Below the pieces are notes generated by a model. It was not told the DNA's origin and did not search any database. It worked only from the letters and a program-made list of their open reading frames with translations. DNA of 63,023 bases, counting the filler, from Reticulomyxa filosa (lineage: Eukaryota; Protista; Foraminifera): the NCBI GenBank assembly GCA_000512085.1. It is 19 parts of 19 records of this genome, joined end to end, with 100 filler letters (N's around TTAATTAATTAA, not from the genome) between each part and the next. Parts side by side here need not be neighbours in the genome. Positions count along the whole stretch, not along the records: positions 1 to 10,695 come from ASPP01018719.1; 18 more parts are not named here. One strand, 5' to 3'. Positions 1 to 10,795 of the stretch are shown here, one piece after another; the first letter of the stretch is position 1; every line of letters begins with the position of its first letter. Both the position numbers and the translations under genes were made by a program.

Positions 1-10
1 AAGGGTAACA

Positions 11-1152
11 TTATGGATTTTGAAATGCAGTTTTCTCTCCCCTTTGCCCCCTTTTTTTTTTTAAAAAAAAAAAGTGTAAACTGTTAATTGCAGGATTAGT
101 GATATTAGTGGCCTGCCAAGAAGCACCTAACGCCTTTCCAGTGCCGGAAATATTCAATAAGAAATTATAGACATTTCGTAGCAAGTAGAATCCATTTTGG
201 ATTGCATTGTCAGCACTTTGGATCGTTAATAAATGCGCTGTGTCCACCGTTATCAAGTTGCGTTGAATGGACGGTTGACCAGACACGGCTTTACATACAT
301 ACATACACACATACATAGACATAAACAAAACATAAACAAATTAATAAAAGTATAAGTTAATATCCCCTTTTTTTTTTTGAAATAACAACAACGATAACCA
401 ACCAGTAATCACGACTTGATCTGATTGGAAAATGGAAACGCTATTGTCAATACAGGCATTTTCTCTGTCGCAAGTGATGGCGACGTTTTTATTTCTGTAA
501 AAGGTGGTCGACAGTCCAAAGCAGGCCTCTTGCGTGAGACAGTTCAATGACACGTCGGTGGTATCGTTGATCGCCAGCGTCCCATTGTTGAGCACGTAGT
601 CGTACGTAGACCCCGATGTGGAATTCGCTGTTACTGCTACCGATTTCGCATTTTGCACTTGCAAATTCAGTCCGTCACATGCGAGTGAACCGGTACATGT
701 TATTTCCACACGTGTCGTTCCGTTTACTACTATTTCTGTATTTTGCGTGAATGCGTGGGTGCGTCAGTGCGTATTTTTCAGCATTTGTCCATTGTCTTAG
801 TTCACCCTCATCTTCCTTCTCAAAAAAAAAAATATAAATAAATAATTTACAAACCTACGTTTTGTGAGGCGTTCGCTGAGGTTGCCTCAAATAGAAGAGT
901 CGATACACCATTTCCAGCTTCAATCATTGTGCCAAAACACGAAGACGCATCAAAACAAATCACAGTGCAAGAATAGCCCCTTGTTGAATTGCTCGTTGGA
1001 CAATTTATTCTCTGGTTGCTGCACTGGTTGTCTGTGCTGCAGCTTGTCTGACAGTCCGCGTTTGCACCACAATTGATCGTTCCTGAGACTACACTCAGAT
1101 GTTGTACAAACACTGATGCCAACACACTTAAAAAGGCCAGCATGAGTCTCAT
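11..1152 (-). CDS. Multi-exon secreted/surface Cys-rich protein; 3' end probably beyond window start
   Basis: Signal-peptide-like MRLMLAFLSVLASVFVQHLSVVSG. Repeated C-x5-C units (VICFDASSCFG, ITCTGSLACDG, LNCLTQEACFG, ITCDRENACID) and many N-x-S/T sequons. ORFs 847-1152, 341-709 and 11-328 are separated by short AT-rich introns. Confidence 0.6.
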
Positions 1153-1815
1153 TCTTACTTATTGTTATTTATCTATTCTTTTACTTCCAACAACAAATTT
1201 TTTTTTTCCAAGAGGTTTCACACGTACATATAATTACTTCGAGTCATTCTTTGAATAAAAACAGTTGCAAAGATTAGAAAGATAATTTTATTTATTTACC
1301 TTACAAACGATTGCATTTATTTTTTAAATTCAATTAAATAGGCTTTTAATATCCTAATCTTTTTTTTTTCCCTCCCTCAATAACATTTTTTTTTTTATGC
1401 TCCATTCTTTCTACAATTTTTTTCACCAAGAATATTTGACATTCCAGCCGTTGAAAGGATTGTGTCAAACCCATTGAACAAATGCATCTGCTACTATGAT
1501 CTCGGAACGCTTGCAAAGAAGTGAGCACATAAAAAAAAAAAATAGAAAATAGCCTTGTCAAAACCTATCGATTTGAGAAAATAGACCATAGCCCGGGGTT
1601 TGAAGAGAAAAGTCTAAAAAACATCATCGACAATCAAAAGGCTGATCAAGAGAAAAAAAAAAAAAAAAGAAATTCACATTTACTATCAACCATCAACTTA
1701 CAACGGACAAAACCCCACAAGAATCAGGAAATAAACAACCAAACGGACAAAGAAGATAAAGCAAAAGAAAAGAAAAAGAAAAGAAACAGCACAAAAATAT
1801 TTTCCTCTCGTAAAA

Positions 1816-3911
1816 TCAGTCGTCATAAAGTATTTGATAGTAGCAATGGCCATTTTTCGTACAGCACTCTAAGGCAGGGAAATAGGTAAGTTGTGGCTGT
1901 ATTGAAATAGTTCCTACATTATCTTGGTTCACGAAAAAAGTGATAGTATTGACATCGCACTCTAACAAAATGCTAATGATATCACCTTCTTTCCATGGTC
2001 TTCCACTGACATTATGTAGCACGTCCTGATCCACTTGGCCGTCATATGACCATATTCCTATCAATCACAAGTATACACACTATATTACATCTTTACCAAA
2101 AAAAAAATAAAAAATAAAAAAATGGAGGTTTGCAATTTGTGTGTGTTATTAGTCATATAATTAGTAATAGTAATAGGTAATGGGTAATGAGTAATGGTAA
2201 CAACAAAATGAATAGGATACCTCCAGTACTACTGACGTAATAACTATAACCCACATTGGAATCGGTCATTACACAGCAGCCTTTGTTATTGGTGCAACTA
2301 CGGTTGCTGACGACACCAATTTCGTCGCCTCGGTCGCAAATTTTGTGACATTTCATGCGAATGACATGCTTGCTGGCATTCCAGCCAATCCGACTCACGC
2401 ACAGGTTGGGCAGACACACTTCCGTGTTGTACGTTCCACGAATGCTTGTGTTATTGTCCGATATATTCAATCGATCTTTCCGAAAAAAATTTGAAAATAT
2501 GAATCGATCTTTGATCTTTTTTTTTTATTTTTTTTATTTTTTTAAAAAAAAGTCATCAATAATGAAAATGTAGTATCCATAACGTACATAGCATATATAC
2601 ATATACATATACATTTATATATATATATATATGTATATACTTATATATGTAATTTAAAATAAAACAAATTGAAGTCACACTTGTTCATTTGAAGCGCTAA
2701 AAGAATCACGAATGGCTTCCTCGAACGAACTTTGCACAGAAAGGCGCGTGGGATTTTTTGGACGGGTTTGATTGCCATGGGCACCGTTGTGATGGACTTC
2801 AATTGCCCCCATTTTGTTCTCATCGAACACGTCTTCGGTATTCACACTCTTTTGTTTGGATATTGCTGCGTTTGTATTATTGTTGTTGTTGTTGTTGTTG
2901 TTATTGTTATTATTGTTATTAGTTTGATTGGACGCAGTAGCACCATTGTTGCTATTGTTATTGCTATTGGCATTGGTATTGCCATTGGCATTGACATTGA
3001 GATTGCTATTGCCATTGGTATTACTATTGTTATTACTATTGCCATTGGTATTACTATTGCTATTACTATTACTATTACTATTGCTATTGCTATTGCTATT
3101 GCTATTGCTATTACCATTGCCACTGCCATTGACGTTGGAAAGAGTAGACGCATTTGAAGCCTTTGTCTTTTGATTGATAAGAATGGACTTAAATGAGATA
3201 ACGTCGAATTCGCGCTGAGACACAACCAAATTACCGAGATGCTGAACCCCAGAACGAATGTCTTCAAACGTTGGACAGACCAGTTCGTAAGGCTTGATTG
3301 GGATGCTGAACAAAAAGTTTTCGTTCAAATAACCCTCTTCGATTGACAATATCAAATGCTTGCGATTTTCTATTGGCGGGTTATTCCGCGATCCCACCGG
3401 ACTTCCTACGTTTGTTCGAGATTGCGTTTTCGACAGGGTGCTGCCCCCGCCGTTCACTATACCTCCGTCTTTATTGAACAACAACGGCTCGTCTTCGATT
3501 ATATCTTTTTGCAATTTCATTGCCTGCTCGATTATTTGCATGTAATCCGTTATCTCTTTCTGTTTGTTCGTTACGTCTTTGTTATGCTTCAGTTTTATAT
3601 AGTCACAATCTTTGTTCAATTGCTGTTGACGGCTATCCAACTCTTGTCGCAATTGGTTCAATCGCAAGTTTATTGTCTCTCGCAGAATTTTGTCATTTTG
3701 TTCTATGTCTTCATTTTTCGTTGTTTTTTTCTTTTTTTTCATATTTCTAGTTCATTCTTTTGCTTTCAACAAAAAAACAAACAAACAAACTAACACACAG
3801 ACAAAAACCTTTGTCAATTGTTTTCAGTCGCTCTTGCAAAGTTTGCAATTTTAGGTACTCATTTTTCACTTTATCCATTGAAGTTTGCTCTTCTGTACTT
3901 ATTGAGGGCAT
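1816..3911 (-). CDS. Coiled-coil, Asn-rich, C-terminal SPRY/B30.2-like protein (multi-exon)
   Basis: First exon MPSISTEEQ... from ATG at 3911. Exon within 2675-3742 has a coiled coil and poly-Asn. C-terminal exons have SPRY-like motifs (GWNASKHVIRMKC, EIGVVS, WKEGDIISILLECDVNTITFFVN, YFPALE). Confidence 0.7.
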
Positions 3912-4565
3912 CTTGTTCTTAGTGTCGATTGGTTATGATGAAGGGCGTTACAATAAGATTCTAAAACTATTTTTTGTTTGGCTGTTTACAACTGACACAA
4001 AAGGTTGAGAAAGGCCATTGTATTTGTGCCGAAAACATCACATAAAACAAAAATTATTTCAGTGCAATACTCACGCTTGATCTTTTTTTTTTTTATGTGC
4101 TAAATTTGACAGTATTATCCCGAGCGAAATTTGAAAACGAAAATGTTACAACTCAAATGACGAGGTAAAGGGGCATGGTTCCATTTTTTTATTTTTTTTA
4201 TCTGTCATAATTACGAAAAGATAGAGATATGCAAACAAGTTTCTTCCTTCAACTGCTTGTGTGAAAAGAAGAAAAGATGCCAACATGTGTAGTAATGTAG
4301 TACTTAGTTTTCTTTTAGTTCTAAAGATAAAGTGACGTAGCGACAATAACATTATTAGAAAATTTCTTGTACAATTGAGAGATTGAAAAAATATCATATA
4401 TAAGAAACAGCAATCGAAAACAAAATTTTTTTTCAATTGCAAAGCTTTGGTATTTTCAATTTAAAATACAATTGTAATTCACTTGGTACAATTTCATAAA
4501 GTAGATTTATCAACAGATGTTTTGAACGCTGCTTTCTTTTCAAAAGTATGAAAGGACTATAAAGG

Positions 4566-5640
4566 TTAGATACTACATTGAGCGTTTACAATATCCTTGT
4601 AGTCGATGATGTAGTGTCGGATAATGTCAAGCTTTTGTGGAATCTCAAAAGCCAATAATTCCTCAATTATTGCAATATGCTCTTTGTTTTCAGGCTTGCT
4701 TTGGGAGTTGCCTTTTTTAGCAGAGGTTTCATTTTTATTGGCATTTTTATTTCGAGTATTGCTTTCAGCATTTGTTTCGTTATTGACCTTTGTAGCGTTT
4801 TCGTCATCAAAATTTTGAAAATGATGGATATTGCGCAAATGAAAGGTACATTTGTCATACAAATTGCGAACACTGATTACTAACTCAGTCAATTCACGGT
4901 TTTGATTTACGTTTTGCTGAATAATTTTAGAAATTGTTAACTCCAATTCTTGATTTTCATTTTTTATTTTTTCATATTTTTTCTGAAGTCTTTGGTTTTC
5001 ATTATTTAAATCTAAGCATATATTATTTTGATCATTGGAATAGTCGGAGAGTTTCATTCGAAGCTGCTCCAATTCTTCGGCTGAGTTTTCTTCTTTCCGC
5101 TCTAGCGTTCGTCTCGTTTCGTTCAATAAATTGTACTTTTTTAAAATACTTTCTACATCAGGGCATTCATGGAATGCTCTTCGTTTGACTGTTTCCAAGT
5201 ATTGCTCGTACTTTTGCACTACAAAAAAAATAAATTGTAATCTATCCAGTTCAATCAACAAAAATCTGCAAATTAAAAACAATTAACAAGTCTTGAATTC
5301 TTCTTCCAAAGTTGTAGCGTTGACAATTGATATTTTGAGTTCTTCATTTTTTGCCTGGACTTCTTTTTGTTTAATTAGTTTGACTGCCTTTTCGTCTTCC
5401 CCTTTTTTTAAGTACTGAGCCCTCTTGTCGGACTTGTCCTTTAAAAAATTATTGAATTGACATAGATTCTCTTGAAGCTCCATGCTTTTTTGCGCAATTG
5501 TTGCTCTCTTCTCCAAAGGTCCTCTTCTTTTTGTGCATATTCTTTCCTTTTTACGAAAAGAGCTCGCTCTACTTCCACCGTTTGCCGGTGTTTCTCCAGC
5601 AACAAAGTGGCCGGAGATAAAAAGTCTACACTTGCTTGAG
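4566..5640 (-). CDS. CFAP73/CCDC42 (DUF4200) cilia/flagella-associated coiled-coil protein
   Basis: Manual translation gives FLSPATLLLEKHRQTVEVERAL...LRKK/SMELQENLCQFNNFLKD, matching the family pattern SPATRLLEKRR...LQESLIKFNKFL. One base is missing in the A6 run at about 5486-5491. Start codon not determined. Confidence 0.8.
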
Positions 5641-6339
5641 TGATCTTTTGGATACTTTTTTGTTTAAAAAAATTTGAAAAGATTTAATTTTATTATTGAT
5701 TTTGTGGTTAACTCGTCGTCTGGACACTGTTGACGAAAATTTATCATTTTTTAACAGTAGTGGAATGATATCTGAAATGACAATTTTTTTTTTTATAATA
5801 TTACAATGTTGATTTGCTGAGTACCCATAATAGCTCAAAACAGCAAAATTGAAACGTTTCTTCACATTGATCAAATATTGCCAGTCTTTTTGTTTGAGAG
5901 TTTGTAAAAAAAAATTTGAAAAAAAGAAAATACGATGCGTCATAAACACGAGGCCAAAGTTTTGGAACTCGTGGATGTAAATTTTTAGTTTGTCCTGCCT
6001 AGTAGAGCAGTCTGCTTGTGAGGTTGTGTTGGAGAACAGTCACAACGGTGAGCTGTTCGAGAGCGTTTGCAACAGTTACAATGGCAAGCAGCAATACGTT
6101 CTCTACAAGTACTGTATGGCCAGTGTCGACGCCGGGAAGACTCCCATTTAACTAAAGCAATGCTTGCAATTCTCGGAATTTGTTTTCGAAATTCTTTTAA
6201 ATCTAGTTCTTTGACCCCGAACCTTCCGTAGCACCTTAACCAGTCAAACATCTGGTACAAACAGCACGCGTTTTTGCATATTCCCAGTTCTTCCAAAGCT
6301 TCACCAACACAAATTGCAAATAATTTTGTTCTATGTCGT

Positions 6340-9300
6340 TTAAATTGTTATAAAAAGAGGTTTCTTCGTTGTTTTGCTCAATGGTTTGCTCCATTGCATA
6401 AGGCTTTTTTCTTCAATGGCAGAGAGCAAGTTTTCAACGTGCGACTTGTAAACTTCACCGTCATTACAAGCAAAGTCTTTGTAGATTAAGTTTAAAACAG
6501 TTCGCAAGTGGCAAGCAAGAACATAGTTTTTGCGATGAGTGTATCTGCGATAGCGATAGAACAAATAGGTTAGAATAGGGCCTATAGTGATTACTTGCGT
6601 GGCCACAAACACAGGCCAGGAATCACCATACACGTCAATGTTGAATGAGGTGGTGGTGAAGCTCTGGCCGTCCCCTGCACTGAGTTGGACAGTGACAGTT
6701 CGAGGGGCAAGCACATTTGTGTCTTCACGTTCGGGCCGGCCAAAAAAACTCTTTTTTTCGGGGTCAAATGTCAACCATTTGGCGTGACTAGTTTCTGCAA
6801 TCCATGTTAATTCATCGCCATTTGGGTCCACAAAAGTGTCCAAAGGGACAGCAAATGCAAAATCTTCAGTTACAGTGGCCTTTTGATTTGGGATGAGTCG
6901 TTCGAGCAGCGGAGGGGAGTTAGCAATAACAGCCAAGTCAAAAGCGGCAAAGGTGGTTGCGTTGTAGCTGTCCGTGGCAGTTACGGCCAGAGTGATGGTG
7001 CCGAGATCGGCCGTCGTGGGGACGCCAAAAAAGTGCAAGGAGTCGGAGTTGAAATGGAGCCAGTTGGGTAATCGCGTGCCGTCCATGTAAGTGGCATTAT
7101 ACGTAAGCACGTCATTAACATCGTGAAAGGTGGTTTCGGATACGTAGAAGGAGAAGTTTTTACCGACACGAATGGAGGGAGGTTTTGGGATTGGAGACAC
7201 TACAGTAGGTACGTAGTTGACATGCAGTTCAAAGGAAGTGTTGACAGTCCCAGCAATGTTATCACTGGCGAATAAAGTGATAGTCAAGGTACCGACATGG
7301 GATTCCTGAGGGACTCCAGCAAAAGTAGCGGAAATGCTATTGAAGAATAGCCACGAAGGTAGAGGGTGTCCGTCGCTGAGTCTTGCAGTGAAATTGATTT
7401 GGTCGTGATTATGATCCACAATGACCCCTTCTGGGACAAAGTAATAAAACGACTGTCCGGTCATTGCAATCTGCTTTGGAATGGATTGCATAATCTTTGG
7501 AGGGCCTTCCACACGAATGACTAAGTTGGTGTAACCAGTGGCTCCAAACTCGTCCATAGCCACCACATGCAGTTTGTAGTTGCCGACGTCGGACCACAAA
7601 GGCTGAGCTGTCAACTCCCATTGCGACGCGTCAATGGTGCGAAATCCCGCGCTGGCATCGGAGACAAAGATGGTGTTGCTGGATACTGTCGTGCTGTACG
7701 TACACGCATCGACTCCGTTGCTGGAAGGGAGTTCGCCTAAGAATATTGGATTGCTGGCATTGGAGATGTCAAAGAATTTGACGCCTGCTTCCCAGTTGGA
7801 AATGAGGGTCGTGTTGCCGACGACGGTGACTCCAGGAATATTGTAGCCACTTCCAGCAGGATACGTCCAAAGCAAATGTGGATTGGATAAGTCTCGGATA
7901 TCGATGATGAACAAATTGATGAGATTGGCGACCAATATGATATCACCGTCCTCTTTTAGAGCCACATCGCATGCTTTGCCTGGAGTCGAAGGGATTATCG
8001 ATATCAATTGCGGAGCACTCGCGTTGCTGACGTTGACAATGTGCAAGCCTGCGTCCATGTTTGCCACAAAGGCGATGGAGTCCCTCACGACTACGTTTTT
8101 GGTGAAACTGGAGGCACTCTCTTTGTACACAGAAAGTAGAGTGGGGTGAGATGCATTTTGCACGTCGACGATGAGCAAGCCATCGACTCCAGCGGCCAGA
8201 TATGCAATATTATTAACCACGGTCACTCCATTAATGTTTCCAATAATATAATTGCAAAGCAATCGTGGATTGGTTGGGATGCTAATATCAAGAATAATCA
8301 ATCCATTCGCGGCGTTTGCAATATATGCAATATGCTCACCATTACCACTGTCATTATCATCATTGTCATCATCGTCGACAATGGCCAGACCTCGAACCGA
8401 GCCTCCGACTCCAGAGGGGTACGTACTCAGCAGCTGCATGTTGGTCGTGTCACTAATGTCGAACAGCTTTAGTCCATGCTTGTCGTTGGCGACTAGCAAC
8501 ACATTGCCCGAGGTCGCCGTGGCAAAAGTGGAGCCACATTTTTGCGTGTTCACCAATGTGAATGCCGGGAGCAGCGTCAGCCAACTGGGCAAAGGGCTCC
8601 CGTCTTGCATTGTCAGTGACAGTGTCAACACTGCGTTGCCACTGTATGCAAACAGAGATCGACTCTCTAACCACACTGACGAACTCATTCCTGGACATAT
8701 GCTTTGATCCGGTAAATTGTTTTCTAATGGACGTGGAGATTGGATTGTTTTTAAACGGAATGTGGTTGCGTTCAATCTCGTCGTTGCGTTCCACGCTGTT
8801 ATCGTTATTGATATTGTTTGTCCTTTGTACAGAAGTGGAGGCACTCCGACCAGATATGCGTGACTGGAGTCTAGAGCCAGTACGCCTTGTCCCGTCGTCG
8901 GCTGGAACATCGTGGTCGGTGTGGGTGTGGCATTGGGAGGGGTGATCAGATAGCTCGATAACAGAGTTGGAGCCATCGGATTCGTGACATCAAAAATTTG
9001 GAGGCCTCCAAAACCATCCGCGACAAATAGAGTGCTATCATTCACAATCGTCACTCCACATGCAATTCCATAGTCTTCCAGATATGAAGTCAACGTAACT
9101 GGTCGGCTCTGATTGGTCACATTGATAACTTCGATCCCTTCGTATCCATTGGCCATAAACACGAGATTGCCTGATATGTCCAGATTCAATGCCTTTGCCA
9201 CTTCGTCATTGTCAAGCACTGCAAGCACCTTTGGATGCGTCTTATTACTGACGTCGATTATCCTAATTCCGACGTACTCCGCCACGAAGGCGGTAGTGCC

Positions 9301-10113
9301 TTGCACGCGCACGGCCTGTGCGTTTCCGGAGCCACTCGAAACTGTAGACAACAGCACTGGCTCGGTTTTGTTGCTCACGTTAATGAGCTGCAGGCCTCCA
9401 TACGCATTGGCTACGTATACGATGTCGTGATCGACGTATAAGCTTTGCGCACCTACAAAACTCGCATTGAACGTGCAAAGAACACGTGGGTGGCTCACAT
9501 TGGCCACGTCCACAATGCGCAAGCCACCCGCACCATTGGCTACAAACAACGTCTGGCTCCACATGGCGAGGTCGTACGTATACCCTCCCGGTCCTGCGTC
9601 AATGGCCGATATCCACGTCGGATCACTGCCATTGCTCACGTTCAAAAGCTGCACCCCTGCCGTTCCGGAGGCCACAAATGCCATCTCCGCATTCCAAATC
9701 ACCACATTCCGAGCGGCTCCATTTTGTAATGGATATATCGACAACAACACCGGAGCACTTTTATTTGTCACGTCAAATATCTCCACGCCTCCATCCGCGG
9801 CTACGTATGCTCTGTTCGATACCACCGTCACACTATGTGCAAAGTATCTCGCGTCGCTATCGATCACTGCATATTCCAACGCAAGCCAACTTGGCAGTCC
9901 ACTCTTCCCGCTTTCCGTCGCTTCCACTCGCGTAAAGTTACCTTCGAACACACCGTCCAACGAGTAGTTATATTGGCGGTTCACCTCGATTACTTGGTTT
10001 GGGATTGCGTGTGTCACTACCGTGGACTGGCATACACGCATATTTTTCAGCACACATAAAAATAGAGTCACTACCTTCCAGTAAGCCCAACCCATTTGCC
10101 AACATGACTTCAT
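6340..10113 (-). CDS. Intronless type-I membrane protein with LVIVD repeats and five cadherin-like (CADG/He_PIG) domains
   Basis: N-terminal signal peptide. Two blocks of LVIVD repeats (e.g. LFVANGAGGLRIVDVANVSHP). CADG motifs (IPNQ...F...DG.PLPSWL.F...F.GVP...G...I...A.D). Hydrophobic segment near aa 1166-1188 followed by a basic stop-transfer stretch YRYRRY. Confidence 0.88.
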   Translation of the reverse strand: MKSCWQMGWAYWKVVTLFLCVLKNMRVCQSTVVTHAIPNQVIEVNRQYNYSLDGVFEGNFTRVEATESGKSGLPSWLALEYAVIDSDARYFAHSVTVVSNRAYVAADGGVEIFDVTNKSAPVLLSIYPLQNGAARNVVIWNAEMAFVASGTAGVQLLNVSNGSDPTWISAIDAGPGGYTYDLAMWSQTLFVANGAGGLRIVDVANVSHPRVLCTFNASFVGAQSLYVDHDIVYVANAYGGLQLINVSNKTEPVLLSTVSSGSGNAQAVRVQGTTAFVAEYVGIRIIDVSNKTHPKVLAVLDNDEVAKALNLDISGNLVFMANGYEGIEVINVTNQSRPVTLTSYLEDYGIACGVTIVNDSTLFVADGFGGLQIFDVTNPMAPTLLSSYLITPPNATPTPTTMFQPTTGQGVLALDSSHAYLVGVPPLLYKGQTISITITAWNATTRLNATTFRLKTIQSPRPLENNLPDQSICPGMSSSVWLESRSLFAYSGNAVLTLSLTMQDGSPLPSWLTLLPAFTLVNTQKCGSTFATATSGNVLLVANDKHGLKLFDISDTTNMQLLSTYPSGVGGSVRGLAIVDDDDNDDNDSGNGEHIAYIANAANGLIILDISIPTNPRLLCNYIIGNINGVTVVNNIAYLAAGVDGLLIVDVQNASHPTLLSVYKESASSFTKNVVVRDSIAFVANMDAGLHIVNVSNASAPQLISIIPSTPGKACDVALKEDGDIILVANLINLFIIDIRDLSNPHLLWTYPAGSGYNIPGVTVVGNTTLISNWEAGVKFFDISNASNPIFLGELPSSNGVDACTYSTTVSSNTIFVSDASAGFRTIDASQWELTAQPLWSDVGNYKLHVVAMDEFGATGYTNLVIRVEGPPKIMQSIPKQIAMTGQSFYYFVPEGVIVDHNHDQINFTARLSDGHPLPSWLFFNSISATFAGVPQESHVGTLTITLFASDNIAGTVNTSFELHVNYVPTVVSPIPKPPSIRVGKNFSFYVSETTFHDVNDVLTYNATYMDGTRLPNWLHFNSDSLHFFGVPTTADLGTITLAVTATDSYNATTFAAFDLAVIANSPPLLERLIPNQKATVTEDFAFAVPLDTFVDPNGDELTWIAETSHAKWLTFDPEKKSFFGRPEREDTNVLAPRTVTVQLSAGDGQSFTTTSFNIDVYGDSWPVFVATQVITIGPILTYLFYRYRRYTHRKNYVLACHLRTVLNLIYKDFACNDGEVYKSHVENLLSAIEEKSLMQWSKPLSKTTKKPLFITI

Positions 10114-10695
10114 GCTTTTCTTGGTTTACAACTAAACACAACGAAATTTAAAAGGGATTTTTGAACTTTTTGTTTTTTTAAACGCTTTGCAAAGTCTTTC
10201 ACCTTCCAGTTCGAACGTTCAAAAAAAATAAATTAAATTTTATTATTACAGCTTAGCACATAAAACAAGTACTTTGTAGCGACGTCTTTTTTTTTTTTAG
10301 TGTTCGCCTGACCTTGTACAAAAGTATTTGTAAAAAAAAAGGTCTTTCTAGAGTGGAATTTTGGACACGCCAAGTTTTAAAATTCCTGTCAAGTGGGAAA
10401 AAAACTTCAAACCAAAAGATCCCTTTCACTGTTCTCCCGCAACTGCATCCCAATACTCACTGCATCAAAAAAAAATGTACATCAAGACGAAGCTGGCAAA
10501 CTATAAAAAAGATTTATTAGATGTTTTAATTTGCTTTCTGTTGAATGTTTTTTTTGATATTTTTTTCATTGTCGCATTTTTTGACAAAAATATTACAATT
10601 TTTTTAAAATTTGTTTTGTTTTTTGGATAGAAAGTTCGAAAGGTGTTTCTGTTTTTTTGTGCTTCTTTCTGAAGATTGTTAGTGTATCATGTTCG

Positions 10696-10795
10696 NNNNN
10701 NNNNNNNNNNNNNNNNNNNNNNNNNNNNNNNNNNNNNNNTTAATTAATTAANNNNNNNNNNNNNNNNNNNNNNNNNNNNNNNNNNNNNNNNNNNN
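10696..10795. other. Artificial contig spacer N44-TTAATTAATTAA-N44 (first of 18)
   Basis: The same 100-nt block also starts at 17180, 21413, 24967, 27969, 32342, 36004, 37175, 39118, 40308, 41623, 42909, 45056, 48745, 50743, 52294, 54889 and 61101. The core gives stops in all six frames. Confidence 0.98.

Noticed and set aside
2732-3267. Very hydrophobic Ile/Ala/Leu-rich ORFs (also near 22168-22963 and 30725-31387)
   Set aside because: They are antisense or off-frame readings of (AAT/AAC)n and (GAA)n coding microsatellites in the real genes.
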